Shown here: positions 46,734 through 55,629 of the stretch, piece by piece
How the letters are laid out: each line of letters starts with the position of its first letter
Numbering within the stretch: position 1 is the first letter of the stretch
Source: Myxococcota bacterium
GTDB taxonomy: Bacteria; Myxococcota; JACRCW01
Assembly: GCA_040752415.1 (NCBI GenBank)
Contig: JBFMGU010000001.1
Coordinates: 1 to 64,000, forward strand
Reading direction: 5' to 3'
Length of the DNA stretch: 64,000 bases
The notes under the pieces: model-generated
What the model saw: the letters and a program-made list of their open reading frames with translations, nothing else
Database searches by the model: none
What the model was told of the DNA's origin: nothing
Translations under genes and position numbers: made by a program

Positions 46734-48626
46734 ATGCTGAGCAACGCAAGCCAGAGTGACGAGAAGGGCCGTCCGCCGGAGGGACTCTTCCTCCACTCCT
46801 TGGCGATGTGGAATTCGCTTAGGCGTCTGCTGGGGCGGCGCATCATCGGTGCACTCTGGATGTGCGCGGTGTTGGGAACCATTGGCGCGGGCGGAGAAGT
46901 CCTTCTTGCGGGAGCGCTCCAGGCCTTCCTGGTGTCGGTGGGGGCGTTGGATGCGTCGGTGGCGCCCCGGATTGGGAGCATGACGTGGACGGGCGGCCCG
47001 CTCGCAAGCTCGATGTTGCTGCTGGCGGTCGCCGTGGTCCGGTCCGCGCTCCAGTTCCTGGGGCAACACGTGAACAGCTACGCCGCGGAGGCCGCTGCCT
47101 ATCGCCTGCGCTGCCTCGCCTACGACGAGCTGATTCACCGCACCACCGACACCCCCCACACCAACAGCGACTTCCAGTTCCGGAACGGTGAGCTGGTGTC
47201 CAAGACCGTGGTCACGGTGCTCAATACCGCGGCGCTCGCGGGTCAGGTGGCCATGGCAACCCTCCTGTGCGCGGCGCTGGTGGCGGTTGCCCCCGCGCAG
47301 ACCGCGATCACGCTCGTGCTGCTCGCCCTGCTTCTCGGTGGGTCCCGTCTCCTCGGTCGTGTTGCACGTGGCGTGGCGGCGCGCATTGCACCGGCGGCAA
47401 CGCAGATCAACCGCGACGTGGAACGCGTGGCGCGCAACCGCCTGTACCTGAAGCTGATGGGGCTTGAGAGACTGGAGCAGGTGAACCTGAGCACGCGCAG
47501 CCTGACCTATTCGCAATACGTGGTCCGCGCGGCGGCCGCGGCTTCGGGGGTGTCCGCGTTGACCGGTGCGGGCGCCCTTACCGTGGTGGTGCTTGTCGCG
47601 CTCGGCAGTGCGTCGTCGGGAACGGGAGGTGCCGCGCTGCTGACGTTCTTCTACCTGCTGGTCCGGCTCGGCCAGGCGGCCCAGGGTGTTTCCAGCAACG
47701 TGACGGTGCTCCAGAACCTCTGGCCGGTGTTTCGTCATGCGCTCGAGTTCGCCGACTCTGTGTCTGATGAGCAGCTCGCGCGCGCGCATGGTGCGTCCGG
47801 TCCCGTTTCGTTCCTTGGCGGCGCACATCCCGTGGTGGGGATGGGGCAGGCGCGCACGTCGACGGGTGCCGCACCGGTCCCGCCCCCGCGCATCTCCATC
47901 CGGGGTCTGCACTACAACTACCCCGGCGGACCCGCCGTGCTGCGCGGATTGGACCTCGAGGTTGCGCCCGGCGCACACCTGGGCATTGTGGGACCCAGTG
48001 GAGCCGGGAAGACCACGCTCTTGATGCTTCTGTTGGGGATGTTGAAGCCCGGCGCGGGTGAGGTCCGGCTCGACGACCTGGCTGCCGCGGATTGGCTGAC
48101 GAAGCACCGCTTCGCCGTTGGCTATGTCGGGCCAGACCCCATGCTCATTGCGGGCACGGTGCGCAGCAACCTCTTCTACGGCCTCCCCATGGACCTGCCG
48201 CCCGAGCAGCTCGACGCCGTTGCGATTGACGTGCTGAAGCAGGCAAGGCTCGCCACGTTTGCCACCCCGGAAGGACTCAACCGGATCATCACCGAAGAAG
48301 GGGAGGGACTCTCCGCCGGCCAGAAGCAACGCCTCGCGTTTGCCCGCGCCCTCATGCGGCAACCGGCGCTGCTGATCTTGGACGAACCCACCGCCAATCT
48401 CGACGGCGAGACCGAGGCTGAGCTCGTGCAGACCATTGCCAGCCTCCGCGCACGGTGCACCGTGGTCATTGTCACGCATCGACCGACGTTGCTGGTGACC
48501 ACCGATCACGTGCTGGACTTGGGCGCTTCCAACGGCGCCAGGATTTCTTCCAGGAGCGCGGGCGAACTCGCCGGCGAAATCCCAGAGCGACCGGTGTCTG
48601 GAGTTGCGGAACCGGTGCGGGAATAG
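46734..48626 (+). CDS. ABC transporter permease/ATPase fusion (PglK/MsbA-like flippase)
   Basis: N-terminal TM domain; GPSGAGKTT, LSAGQKQRLAFARAL, LILDEPT, VTHR. Confidence 0.88.
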   Translation: MLSNASQSDEKGRPPEGLFLHSLAMWNSLRRLLGRRIIGALWMCAVLGTIGAGGEVLLAGALQAFLVSVGALDASVAPRIGSMTWTGGPLASSMLLLAVAVVRSALQFLGQHVNSYAAEAAAYRLRCLAYDELIHRTTDTPHTNSDFQFRNGELVSKTVVTVLNTAALAGQVAMATLLCAALVAVAPAQTAITLVLLALLLGGSRLLGRVARGVAARIAPAATQINRDVERVARNRLYLKLMGLERLEQVNLSTRSLTYSQYVVRAAAAASGVSALTGAGALTVVVLVALGSASSGTGGAALLTFFYLLVRLGQAAQGVSSNVTVLQNLWPVFRHALEFADSVSDEQLARAHGASGPVSFLGGAHPVVGMGQARTSTGAAPVPPPRISIRGLHYNYPGGPAVLRGLDLEVAPGAHLGIVGPSGAGKTTLLMLLLGMLKPGAGEVRLDDLAAADWLTKHRFAVGYVGPDPMLIAGTVRSNLFYGLPMDLPPEQLDAVAIDVLKQARLATFATPEGLNRIITEEGEGLSAGQKQRLAFARALMRQPALLILDEPTANLDGETEAELVQTIASLRARCTVVIVTHRPTLLVTTDHVLDLGASNGARISSRSAGELAGEIPERPVSGVAEPVRE

Positions 48627-48629
48627 CGG

Positions 48630-50177
48630 TCAGGTCTCCCCCGACGCGACGCGCCGTCGATGGACCAGCCAATGGTACGGTTCACCGGACGCAACAGAGC
48701 GGCACATGTCATCGACCTCAGGCAGCGAGAACACCGCGTTGGGATCCTGGTGAACCCACGACGTGAAGAATTCCTGGAGCGGATTGAATTGCGTTTTGAT
48801 GAAACCGCAGGCCTGGGTCAGATAGAAGCAGCGCCACGCCGACTCGCGCTGCGACTCGCTCAGGCGGCCACCACGCGACATCAGGGCCTCGCGGATGAGC
48901 TGATGGTATTCCTCACGCGAGCCGGCGCGCTGAACAAAAGGCAGCCCCGCGTAGTAGCTGCGGGCCTCCACGATCACGGGAATTCCGAGCGCGGCGCACT
49001 CAATGCCGAACGTCGACACCTTGGGAAGTACCAGGCTCGTGCTGCGGACCAGGTCGTAGCTGTTGACCTTCTGCTCCGCACGGATGAACTCCAGTCGCGG
49101 GTTGGCCAGCCAGGGAGCGAGCGCGCCTGCCCAGTCCAGCGGGCTGCTGAACTCCTCAAGTCGCTCGTGCGGATGTTGACGGACAATCACGCGCGCGTCG
49201 GTCTCCGTCAGGATGAACCTCACCGTGTCCGCCAGCCAATCCGTGGCGCAGTCATAGAGCGTGTGCGTCCGCAAGGCCGCCGCATCCCACTCGATGTTCA
49301 ACGGAATCAGGACCTGCTTCGTCGTGTTTTGATGCGAGGACGCCTCCAGCGGAGTGTTCGTCGGGACGGGCTGGAAGTCGTCGGAGCCCTGGGTCCGACG
49401 CTGCATCTCCGCGCGCCCCCAGGCCACCGTCCGGGCCAGCTCGGCGGGGTCCGCGCGTTCCAGCTGCGCCATGGCCACGGCGACGTCGGCGTGTTGCGCG
49501 GCAATGCCCGTCCCGCTGAACAGGATGCTCGCGGGGCCGAAATCCAGCGTTGCCACGCGAACCCCCAGCGACTCCGCCGCAGCCAACGCTGGCCCACTTG
49601 CGCCCCAGAATCCGCCCGGCATGTACAGCGCGGAGACTCCAAGCCTTGCCAGGTGGCCCCGCAGCGCCTCGTACAGCGGGAGCAGCGCGCGGGCGCGGAC
49701 CGAAACCTCCGACGAGGCGCGCCTGGGAAGGTCTCGCGCGCGGCTGTCCCAGATCAGCTGGGCCTGCGCAATGAGGTCAAGCTCGGGCGGAATGGGACCG
49801 GAGGAGCGTCGCGCTGGAATGACGTCGACACAGCCGGCGCAGGATGCAAGGTCGGGAACCAGGCGGCGCAGGATGGCGGATTCTCGCAGCTCATGCTCCC
49901 GGTCAAACTCGCGCGCCTGGGGATGCGGACAGACGATGAAGCTCACGTCGTGGCCACGCTGTCTGAGCGCAAGACCCAGAGCCACGCTGTGCAGGGGTAC
50001 CGTCCCATGGACCCACGGCGTGATGAGGACACCCACGCGGCTTCCTCCTTGCTGGACGCGAGGAAGGAGCGGTCGGGCGCGACGGATGAAGTCCTGCATG
50101 AGCGCGGTGTGCGTTTCCAGCGGCGCGCGAATCCCCTTCAACCAATCACGGCTCCGCCGCAGGACCTGCCTGAGCAT
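48630..50177 (-). CDS. Capsule-biosynthesis (KpsS/KpsC-like) GT-B protein, candidate ulosonate transferase
   Basis: WDAAAL, VIVRQHPHE, VNSYDL, VSTFGIECAALGIPV. Start uncertain (50177 or 50243); the ORF extends further upstream. Confidence 0.55.
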   Translation of the reverse strand: MLRQVLRRSRDWLKGIRAPLETHTALMQDFIRRARPLLPRVQQGGSRVGVLITPWVHGTVPLHSVALGLALRQRGHDVSFIVCPHPQAREFDREHELRESAILRRLVPDLASCAGCVDVIPARRSSGPIPPELDLIAQAQLIWDSRARDLPRRASSEVSVRARALLPLYEALRGHLARLGVSALYMPGGFWGASGPALAAAESLGVRVATLDFGPASILFSGTGIAAQHADVAVAMAQLERADPAELARTVAWGRAEMQRRTQGSDDFQPVPTNTPLEASSHQNTTKQVLIPLNIEWDAAALRTHTLYDCATDWLADTVRFILTETDARVIVRQHPHERLEEFSSPLDWAGALAPWLANPRLEFIRAEQKVNSYDLVRSTSLVLPKVSTFGIECAALGIPVIVEARSYYAGLPFVQRAGSREEYHQLIREALMSRGGRLSESQRESAWRCFYLTQACGFIKTQFNPLQEFFTSWVHQDPNAVFSLPEVDDMCRSVASGEPYHWLVHRRRVASGET

Positions 50178-50599
50178 GGCTGCATTTGCTCTCAGCGCTC
50201 CGGGAAAATGGGGGAGCAACCCGCGGGTCTGTACCTTATCCATGGTGGCCGCCACCCTCCATGTTGTCCCAACAAAGCGCAAGTTCGCGGTCGCTCGCTG
50301 ACCGTTGCCGGATGGAGAACCCCTCGGGCCCCCTCCGGATGGTTTCGGTTTGTGGCACGTCTCTTCGTCGTTGTTCATGCCCGCCGGGCCGGAAGGTGGG
50401 ATGGACAGAAGGGGCAACCCTTGCGCCTCGGCGCCCATCCTGTTCTGTGCCCTGAGCGCACCCAAGCTCATCCGGCGAAGGGCGAAGGCTGCCAAGAGGT
50501 TGGCCGTGGAGCGCCAGCGTTCAACGCGCCTGGCTTGACGACGTTCTCCCGAATCTTGTGCGTGAACATCGATCCACTGCGTGGCTTCCAAGGAGTGTC

Positions 50600-51484
50600 A
50601 TGAAGCGGTTCACCTGGGACGAGATGCGAGAGTACTGGGGCCACCACAACGTCCTGCGGGCGCAGGTGGACCGCGACACGGACCCCGACGCGCTGGACAA
50701 CGTGCTTCACACCGGCGAGCCGCCCTGGTTGAACCAGTACTATGCCAAGTACCAACGGATCACGTACGAGTCCCTCCTTGCCGGCGTCCCGCCGCCGCGA
50801 CCGGGGGCGCGCGCACTGGACGTCGGGTGTGGAGCTGGCCGGTGGTGTCGCTTGCTTGCGCAGTGGGGATACCGCGTCACGGGAATAGACCTCCAGGAAT
50901 CGCTGATCCAGGAAAACCAACGGCGAAATCCCACCATTGAGTTCCAGTGCGTTTCCCTCCAGGACTTCCGCACCGAAGAGCCGTATGACCTGGTTTCAAC
51001 GGTCACGGTCATCCAGCACAATCCGCACGACGAGCAGCACGCGATGATCGCCCAGCTCCGTCGGCTCCTGCGTCCGGGCGGGCACGCACTCATCCTCGAG
51101 AACATCCGCGACCAGGGCGCCCACGTGTTCTCCAACAGTGTGGAAGAGTGGGAACGTCGGTTCGCCTCGCATGGGTTCCGGCGCGTGTTGATTCAACGCT
51201 ATGACTACAGCCCGCTGACGCGCATCTACGCCACGGTGCGCGGGCGGGTTGCCGCAATTCCTCGTCGTTTCCTTGGTGGCGCGCCGCAAGGCGGGGGAGG
51301 CGTCGAGGTGTACATGACGTCTCACATCCCGCGGCGGAATGGGTCCATGGGCGCTCTGCGTCGCGGAGACCTTGCGATCCGCCATATCCTTGTCCGCATG
51401 GATGATGTCATCGAGCCAACGCTGACTAGGCGGAACCTGCCATTGCCGACGGTCCACTGCGGTTTCCTTTTCGAGGCGGTGTGA
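50600..51484 (+). CDS. Class I SAM-dependent methyltransferase
   Basis: AAGGAG RBS; ALDVGCGAGRW, VTGID, TVTVIQH, LLRPGG. Confidence 0.88.
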   Translation: MKRFTWDEMREYWGHHNVLRAQVDRDTDPDALDNVLHTGEPPWLNQYYAKYQRITYESLLAGVPPPRPGARALDVGCGAGRWCRLLAQWGYRVTGIDLQESLIQENQRRNPTIEFQCVSLQDFRTEEPYDLVSTVTVIQHNPHDEQHAMIAQLRRLLRPGGHALILENIRDQGAHVFSNSVEEWERRFASHGFRRVLIQRYDYSPLTRIYATVRGRVAAIPRRFLGGAPQGGGGVEVYMTSHIPRRNGSMGALRRGDLAIRHILVRMDDVIEPTLTRRNLPLPTVHCGFLFEAV

Positions 51485-52755
51485 GACTGCGGGACTCAGC
51501 AGCGCGTTGGGACCGGGAGCTTGAAGGCCCGGCATCTCATCGCCCGTCGGATGTTGCGACGGGGGACGCCTCGGAGCCTGCCACCAGCGGGAGCCCGGGC
51601 GTGAAGTCCCGGCTGTACCTTCCCTCGCTCGACGGACTCCGCTTCATCGCATTCCTTCTCGTCTTCATCCACCACAGTCCGCCCTTCGTCGTGGAAGGCG
51701 CGCGGAATGTGGCCGTTCGAATACTGCACGGAATCCAGAGCCGGGGCTGGATTGGCGTGGACCTCTTCTTCGCGCTCAGCGCGTACCTCCTGACCCGCCT
51801 TCTCTGCCGAGAGCACGCGGCCTTTGGAAGCATCGACCTGCGCTCGTTCTATGTCCGGCGGGCGCTTCGCATCTGGCCGCTGCATTTCTTCGCCGTGTTG
51901 GTTGGCACACTGTTGCTTCCGCTTGCGGGCGTCCTGGGACCGGCCTGGACGACGGAGGAGCACACGCAGCTGGTGCAACGCCACACCATTGCGAACGTCC
52001 TCCTGATGGGAAACTACTCGGCGGGCATCTGGGGTTATGCACCCAGCAAGATGATGAGCGCGCTGTGGAGCATCAGCCTCGAGGAGCAGTTCTACCTCTT
52101 CTGGCCGTGGACGCTTCGATACGTTCTCAAACGCTCACCATGGGCCCGACTCCTCATCCTCCTCGGGATGGTCCTGTTGTCCGTCACCGCAAAACTCTGC
52201 CTGGCGTCGGTGACCCAGCATCCATTCCTGTGGACGGCGACGTTCTGTCGTCTTGAACCGTTCGTCATCGGGGCGGCGCTGGCGCTGGCCGCAGAAGGGC
52301 TCCTGCCCGTGCGTTTCCGTCAGCCCTCGCCCTTCGCCGCGTTGATGGCACTGATGGCGTCCGTGGCGCTCGTGGCAGCGCTTCCCAACGTGGACAGCCA
52401 GGGCCTGAGCTCCATCGCGCTGTTTGGTGCGGCGGCGTGTTTCGCGGGGTCGTTGCTTCCGCTCGCCCTGGCGGAGGGAAGCACCATGATGCGCGTGCTC
52501 GGAAGCCCGCCCGCTCGCTGGATGGGGACGGTCACCTATGGCTTGTACGTGTACCACATCGCTGCGTTCGCGATTGTCGGCGGAGAGGTGGAGCAGACGG
52601 GCCTGCAACCCGGAGCGCCTCTCACCTGGTTTGTGACCACGTTGGCGGCACTTCTGCTGACGGGAGCGTTGGCGCGAGTTTCGTACGCGTTGCTGGAGCG
52701 GCCATTTGTCCGCATGAAGGACCGCTATGCGCGGATTCTCTCTCGCCCACCGTGA
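51481..52755 (+). CDS. Acyltransferase family 3 (OafA-like O-acetyltransferase)
   Basis: LDGLRFIA, GVDLFFALSAYL, FYVRRALRIWP, WSISLEEQFY, YGLYVYH, ERPF. Confidence 0.92.
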   Translation: MRLRDSAARWDRELEGPASHRPSDVATGDASEPATSGSPGVKSRLYLPSLDGLRFIAFLLVFIHHSPPFVVEGARNVAVRILHGIQSRGWIGVDLFFALSAYLLTRLLCREHAAFGSIDLRSFYVRRALRIWPLHFFAVLVGTLLLPLAGVLGPAWTTEEHTQLVQRHTIANVLLMGNYSAGIWGYAPSKMMSALWSISLEEQFYLFWPWTLRYVLKRSPWARLLILLGMVLLSVTAKLCLASVTQHPFLWTATFCRLEPFVIGAALALAAEGLLPVRFRQPSPFAALMALMASVALVAALPNVDSQGLSSIALFGAAACFAGSLLPLALAEGSTMMRVLGSPPARWMGTVTYGLYVYHIAAFAIVGGEVEQTGLQPGAPLTWFVTTLAALLLTGALARVSYALLERPFVRMKDRYARILSRPP

Positions 52756-52931
52756 GCGAGCGCGCACGGAAACGGGATCCAACACCGGCGTGCCGTCGTG
52801 TTAGGAGACTTGGCAGTTGGGAACGCCGGAGCCGTAGCCGGGGCCGAGACGATGCATGGAGCGGGGTGCGCTCCCTCGGAAGAAATGCCTCACCAGTGAA
52901 CGCAGAGCTGGGACTGAGGCACGGAGCTGAC

Positions 52932-54032
52932 ATGGTGGATTTCAACGCGCTGAAACCAGCGAACGAGGAGCTTGACCAGGACCTGGCGGCCGCGGCGCTG
53001 CGGGTCCTTCGCAGCGGGTGGTACATCCTCGGCCCAGAGGTGGAAGCGTTCGAGCACGCGTTCGCGCAGTACCACGGCATCCCGTTCGCCATCGGCGTCG
53101 CGAATGGGACCGACGCGCTGGAGCTGGCGCTGCGGGCCGCGGGCGTGGGCCCCGGTGACGAGGTCATCACGGTCGCTCACACCGCGGTGGCCACCGTATG
53201 CGCGGTGGAGCGCACCGGCGCCCGCCCCGTCCTCGTCGACATTGACCCTGTTACATACACCATGGACCCCGCCGCGGCCGAAGCGGCCATCACGCCTCGG
53301 ACCCGCGCACTGGTGCCGGTCCACCTCTACGGTCACCCTGCGAACCTCGGTGCCTTGACCGAGCTCGCGCGTCGTCACGGGCTCTTCCTCCTGGAGGATT
53401 GTGCGCAGGCCCATGGCGCAACCTGGGCGGGAGAGAAGGTCGGCACGTTCGGGAACGCCGCGGCATTCAGTTTCTATCCCACCAAGAATCTCGGCGCGTT
53501 GGGTGACGGTGGCGCCATCATCACCAGGGACGCGGCGCTCGCGGAGCGCATCCGTCGCTTGCGCAACTACGGACAGAAGGCGCGCTATGAGCACGTGGAG
53601 CGCGGCATCAACAGCCGTCTCGACGAGCTTCAGGCAGCGTTGTTGCGTGTGAAGCTCCAGCACCTGGACGAGCACAACGCCCGACGTCAGGCGGTTGCAC
53701 ACGCGTACACGACGGGCCTGCGGGGCGTGGACGTGCCGGTGGTTGCGGCGGGCGCTGGGCACGTCTTCCACCTCTACGTGGTCCGCCACCGGCAGCGCGA
53801 CCAGCTCGCGGCCTTGCTGAAGCAGAACGGCGTCCACACGCTGATTCACTATCCCATCCCGGTGCATCGTCAGCAGGCCTATGCGGACCTCAGGCTCGAC
53901 GTGGGCTCGCTGCCGGTGACCGAGAAGATCGCCTCAGAGATTCTCTCTCTTCCCCTCTATGTTGGCATTCCGACGTCCGCCGTGGGCGAGGTGATTGACG
54001 TCGTGAACCGGGTGCAGGCGGAGCTCGCATGA
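52932..54032 (+). CDS. DegT-family aminotransferase (FdtB-like, C3 type)
   Basis: SGWYILG, ANGTDAL, PVHLYG, EDCAQAHG, SFYPTKNLGALGDGG, NSRLDELQA. Confidence 0.94.
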   Translation: MVDFNALKPANEELDQDLAAAALRVLRSGWYILGPEVEAFEHAFAQYHGIPFAIGVANGTDALELALRAAGVGPGDEVITVAHTAVATVCAVERTGARPVLVDIDPVTYTMDPAAAEAAITPRTRALVPVHLYGHPANLGALTELARRHGLFLLEDCAQAHGATWAGEKVGTFGNAAAFSFYPTKNLGALGDGGAIITRDAALAERIRRLRNYGQKARYEHVERGINSRLDELQAALLRVKLQHLDEHNARRQAVAHAYTTGLRGVDVPVVAAGAGHVFHLYVVRHRQRDQLAALLKQNGVHTLIHYPIPVHRQQAYADLRLDVGSLPVTEKIASEILSLPLYVGIPTSAVGEVIDVVNRVQAELA

Positions 54033-55027
54033 CACACATGGACCTTTCCGCATACCGCGGCGCGCGCGTTCTCATCACCGGCGGGATGGGTTTCCTGGGC
54101 AGCAGTCTGGCACTGCGTCTGGTGGAGCTGGGCGCCCGCGTGACGGTGATGGACGCCATGCTGCCCGGCTATGGCGGCAACCTCTTCAACATCGCTCCCA
54201 TCCGCGAGAAGATCACCGTCAATTTCAGCGACATTCGCGACGTCAACGTCATGAACTACCTGGTGGCTGGCCAGGACGTCATCTTCCACCTCGCGGGACA
54301 GGTGGACCACGTGATGAGCCTGACCGACCCCTACCCGGATATCGACATCAACATTCGCGGCACCGCGGTGCTCATGGAGGCCTGCAAGCACCACAACAAA
54401 GATGCGCGCGTTGTGAAGGCGGGAACGCGCGGGCAATACGGGCCCGCGGTGTCGTTGCCGGTGAGTGAATCAGCGCCAAGCCATCCGCGCGGCATCTATG
54501 AAATCTCGCTCCTCACCGCCGAGAAGATCATGCAGGTCTACAACGACGTGCATGGCATCAAGACGGTGATGCTGCGGCTGACCAACATCTACGGTCCTCG
54601 CGCCCAGATGCGGCACGCGCGTTATGGCGTTGCCAATTGGTTCGTGCGGCTGGCGCTGGACGATCAGGTCATCAAGGTTTTCGGCGACGGCACCATCAAG
54701 CGGGACTTCCTCTACGTCGACGATTGCATCGAGGCCCTGCTGCTGGCGGGAGTCAACCCGGCGGCAACCGGGGAGGTCATCAACGTCGGGCGCGACGATT
54801 GGTCGAACTTCAAGGAGCTGGCGGAGGTGCTCATTGAGGTGGCGGGGCAAGGGCGCTGGGAGTACGCGCCGTTCACGCCGGAGCGAAAGGCGCAGGAGCC
54901 CGGCGACTTCTATTCGGACATCACCAAGATCCGGAGACTCCTGGGGTGGGAGCCAAGGACGCCGTTGCGGGAGGGTCTGAAGGCCACCCTGAGCTACTAT
55001 CGAGCCAACCGTGAGCACTACTGGTAA
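54029..55027 (+). CDS. NAD-dependent epimerase/dehydratase (atypical catalytic motif)
   Basis: ITGGMGFLGS, FHLAGQ, RLTNIYGPR, RDFLYVDD; YxxxK position reads YEISL. Confidence 0.88.
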   Translation: MTHMDLSAYRGARVLITGGMGFLGSSLALRLVELGARVTVMDAMLPGYGGNLFNIAPIREKITVNFSDIRDVNVMNYLVAGQDVIFHLAGQVDHVMSLTDPYPDIDINIRGTAVLMEACKHHNKDARVVKAGTRGQYGPAVSLPVSESAPSHPRGIYEISLLTAEKIMQVYNDVHGIKTVMLRLTNIYGPRAQMRHARYGVANWFVRLALDDQVIKVFGDGTIKRDFLYVDDCIEALLLAGVNPAATGEVINVGRDDWSNFKELAEVLIEVAGQGRWEYAPFTPERKAQEPGDFYSDITKIRRLLGWEPRTPLREGLKATLSYYRANREHYW

Positions 55028-55595
55028 ACCGCCCTTCATCCACTCGCACGCCCTCGTGGAGCCGGGCGCGTCGCTGGGCCATGGGACCCGCGTCTGGGCA
55101 TTCGCGCATGTCCTTCCGGGTGCGGTCATTGGTGAGGACTGCAACATCTGCGACCACACCTTCGTCGAGAACGACGTCCGCATCGGCCATCGTGTCACGC
55201 TGAAGTGCGGCGTTCACGTGTGGGACGGTCTCCGCATCGAGGATGACGTTTTCGTGGGGCCGAGCGCGGTGTTCACCAACGATCTCCGCCCGCGCAGCAA
55301 GCAATACCCCGAGCAGTTCCCCGAAACGTGGCTAAGGCGTGGATGCAGCATTGGTGCCGGCGCCATCATCCTGCCGGGCATCGAGATTGGTGCCTGGGCC
55401 ATGGTCGGGGCTGGCGCGGTGGTCACCCGGAGTGTTCCGGCACACGCGCTGGTGATTGGGAACCCGGCACGGTTTCGCTCGTGGGTGTGTCGCTGCGGAA
55501 CAAAGCTGGAGCCTGGGCAGGTGAGTCCCTGTTCATGCGGGCGAAAGTGGAATTGGTCAGCAGATGGCGCTCCCGCCGAAGTGACGTCAAGCTGA
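55011..55595 (+). CDS. Hexapeptide N-acetyltransferase (FdtC/WxcM-like)
   Basis: RVWAFAHVLPGA, DCNICDH, FVGPSAVFTND, IGNPAR, C-terminal CxCG...CxCG. Confidence 0.92.
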   Translation: MSTTGKPPFIHSHALVEPGASLGHGTRVWAFAHVLPGAVIGEDCNICDHTFVENDVRIGHRVTLKCGVHVWDGLRIEDDVFVGPSAVFTNDLRPRSKQYPEQFPETWLRRGCSIGAGAIILPGIEIGAWAMVGAGAVVTRSVPAHALVIGNPARFRSWVCRCGTKLEPGQVSPCSCGRKWNWSADGAPAEVTSS

Positions 55596-55629
55596 GTTGG
55601 CGAGCTGCCATCAGGACGCCAGGAACAAC

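Noticed and set aside
50353..50367. Sigma-54 promoter TGGCACG-N4-TTCG
   Set aside because: The -24 box matches, but the conserved -12 GC is CG.
52828..52845. ops/JUMPstart-like GAGCCGTAGCCGG
   Set aside because: Mismatches the GGCGGTAG core; too weak in GC-rich DNA.
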